Origin: Dicyema japonicum
Lineage: Eukaryota; Animalia; Dicyemida
Assembly: GCA_011109175.1 (NCBI GenBank)
Contig: RDEW01000010.1
Location: forward strand, 1,226,281-1,290,280
Direction of reading: 5' to 3'
DNA length: 64,000 nt
Shown here: in pieces, positions 63,851 to 64,000 of the stretch
Position numbering within the stretch: the first letter of the stretch is position 1
How the letters are laid out: each line of letters opens with the position of its first letter
The notes under the pieces: model-generated
Seen by the model: the letters and a program-made list of their open reading frames with translations, nothing else
Database searches by the model: none
What the model was told of the DNA's origin: nothing
Translations under genes and position numbers: made by a program

Positions 63851-64000
63851 AAGATGATTATTATTAATTTAATAAAATTTATTAAAAATATCTCAAATGA
63901 TGGATTAATATGTCTGAATTTAGAGACACTTTATTAAACCAATCAAAAAAGTTACTATTTGACGTTTAACAACCTTCCTCGTCCATTGACTAATTTACCC

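Overview
Eukaryotic (metazoan), AT-rich, repeat-dense window; not prokaryotic, and no CRISPR, rRNA or true tRNA gene was found. Recognisable host genes are hemC/HMBS, IFT74, a DNAJA-type Hsp40 lacking a J-domain, a REEP1-4-type gene, a TCF20/RAI1-type ePHD gene, a TGF-beta-superfamily receptor with a degenerate kinase, a LAMP-like protein, a lamin pseudogene and an SLC44/CTL fragment. They are split by GT-AG introns mostly 20-26 nt long. Tiny introns plus ciliary and metazoan genes point to a dicyemid-like parasite (inference). Start codons sit right beside short, almost pure-AT islands that cut the window into ~0.5-3 kb cassettes. Most genes carry one or two +/-1 indels, several in homopolymers, so assembly error versus decay is unresolved; the lamin has true nonsense codons. 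The rest is a mosaic of decayed elements: RTE and Jockey/I-like LINEs, 12 3'-end fragments of a CRE-like RLE retroelement, R4-like RLE fragments, hAT transposons (two with 8-bp TSDs), Tc1 and integrase remnants, and a tRNA-derived SINE family. Most notable observations: a several-fold excess of CACGTG, the island/cassette architecture, an Arg-to-Gln change at a cofactor-binding site of hemC, a predicted pseudokinase TGF-beta receptor, and an inverted duplication of the CTL fragment. All identifications are from manual translation and remembered family motifs; no searches were run, and many boundaries are approximate.
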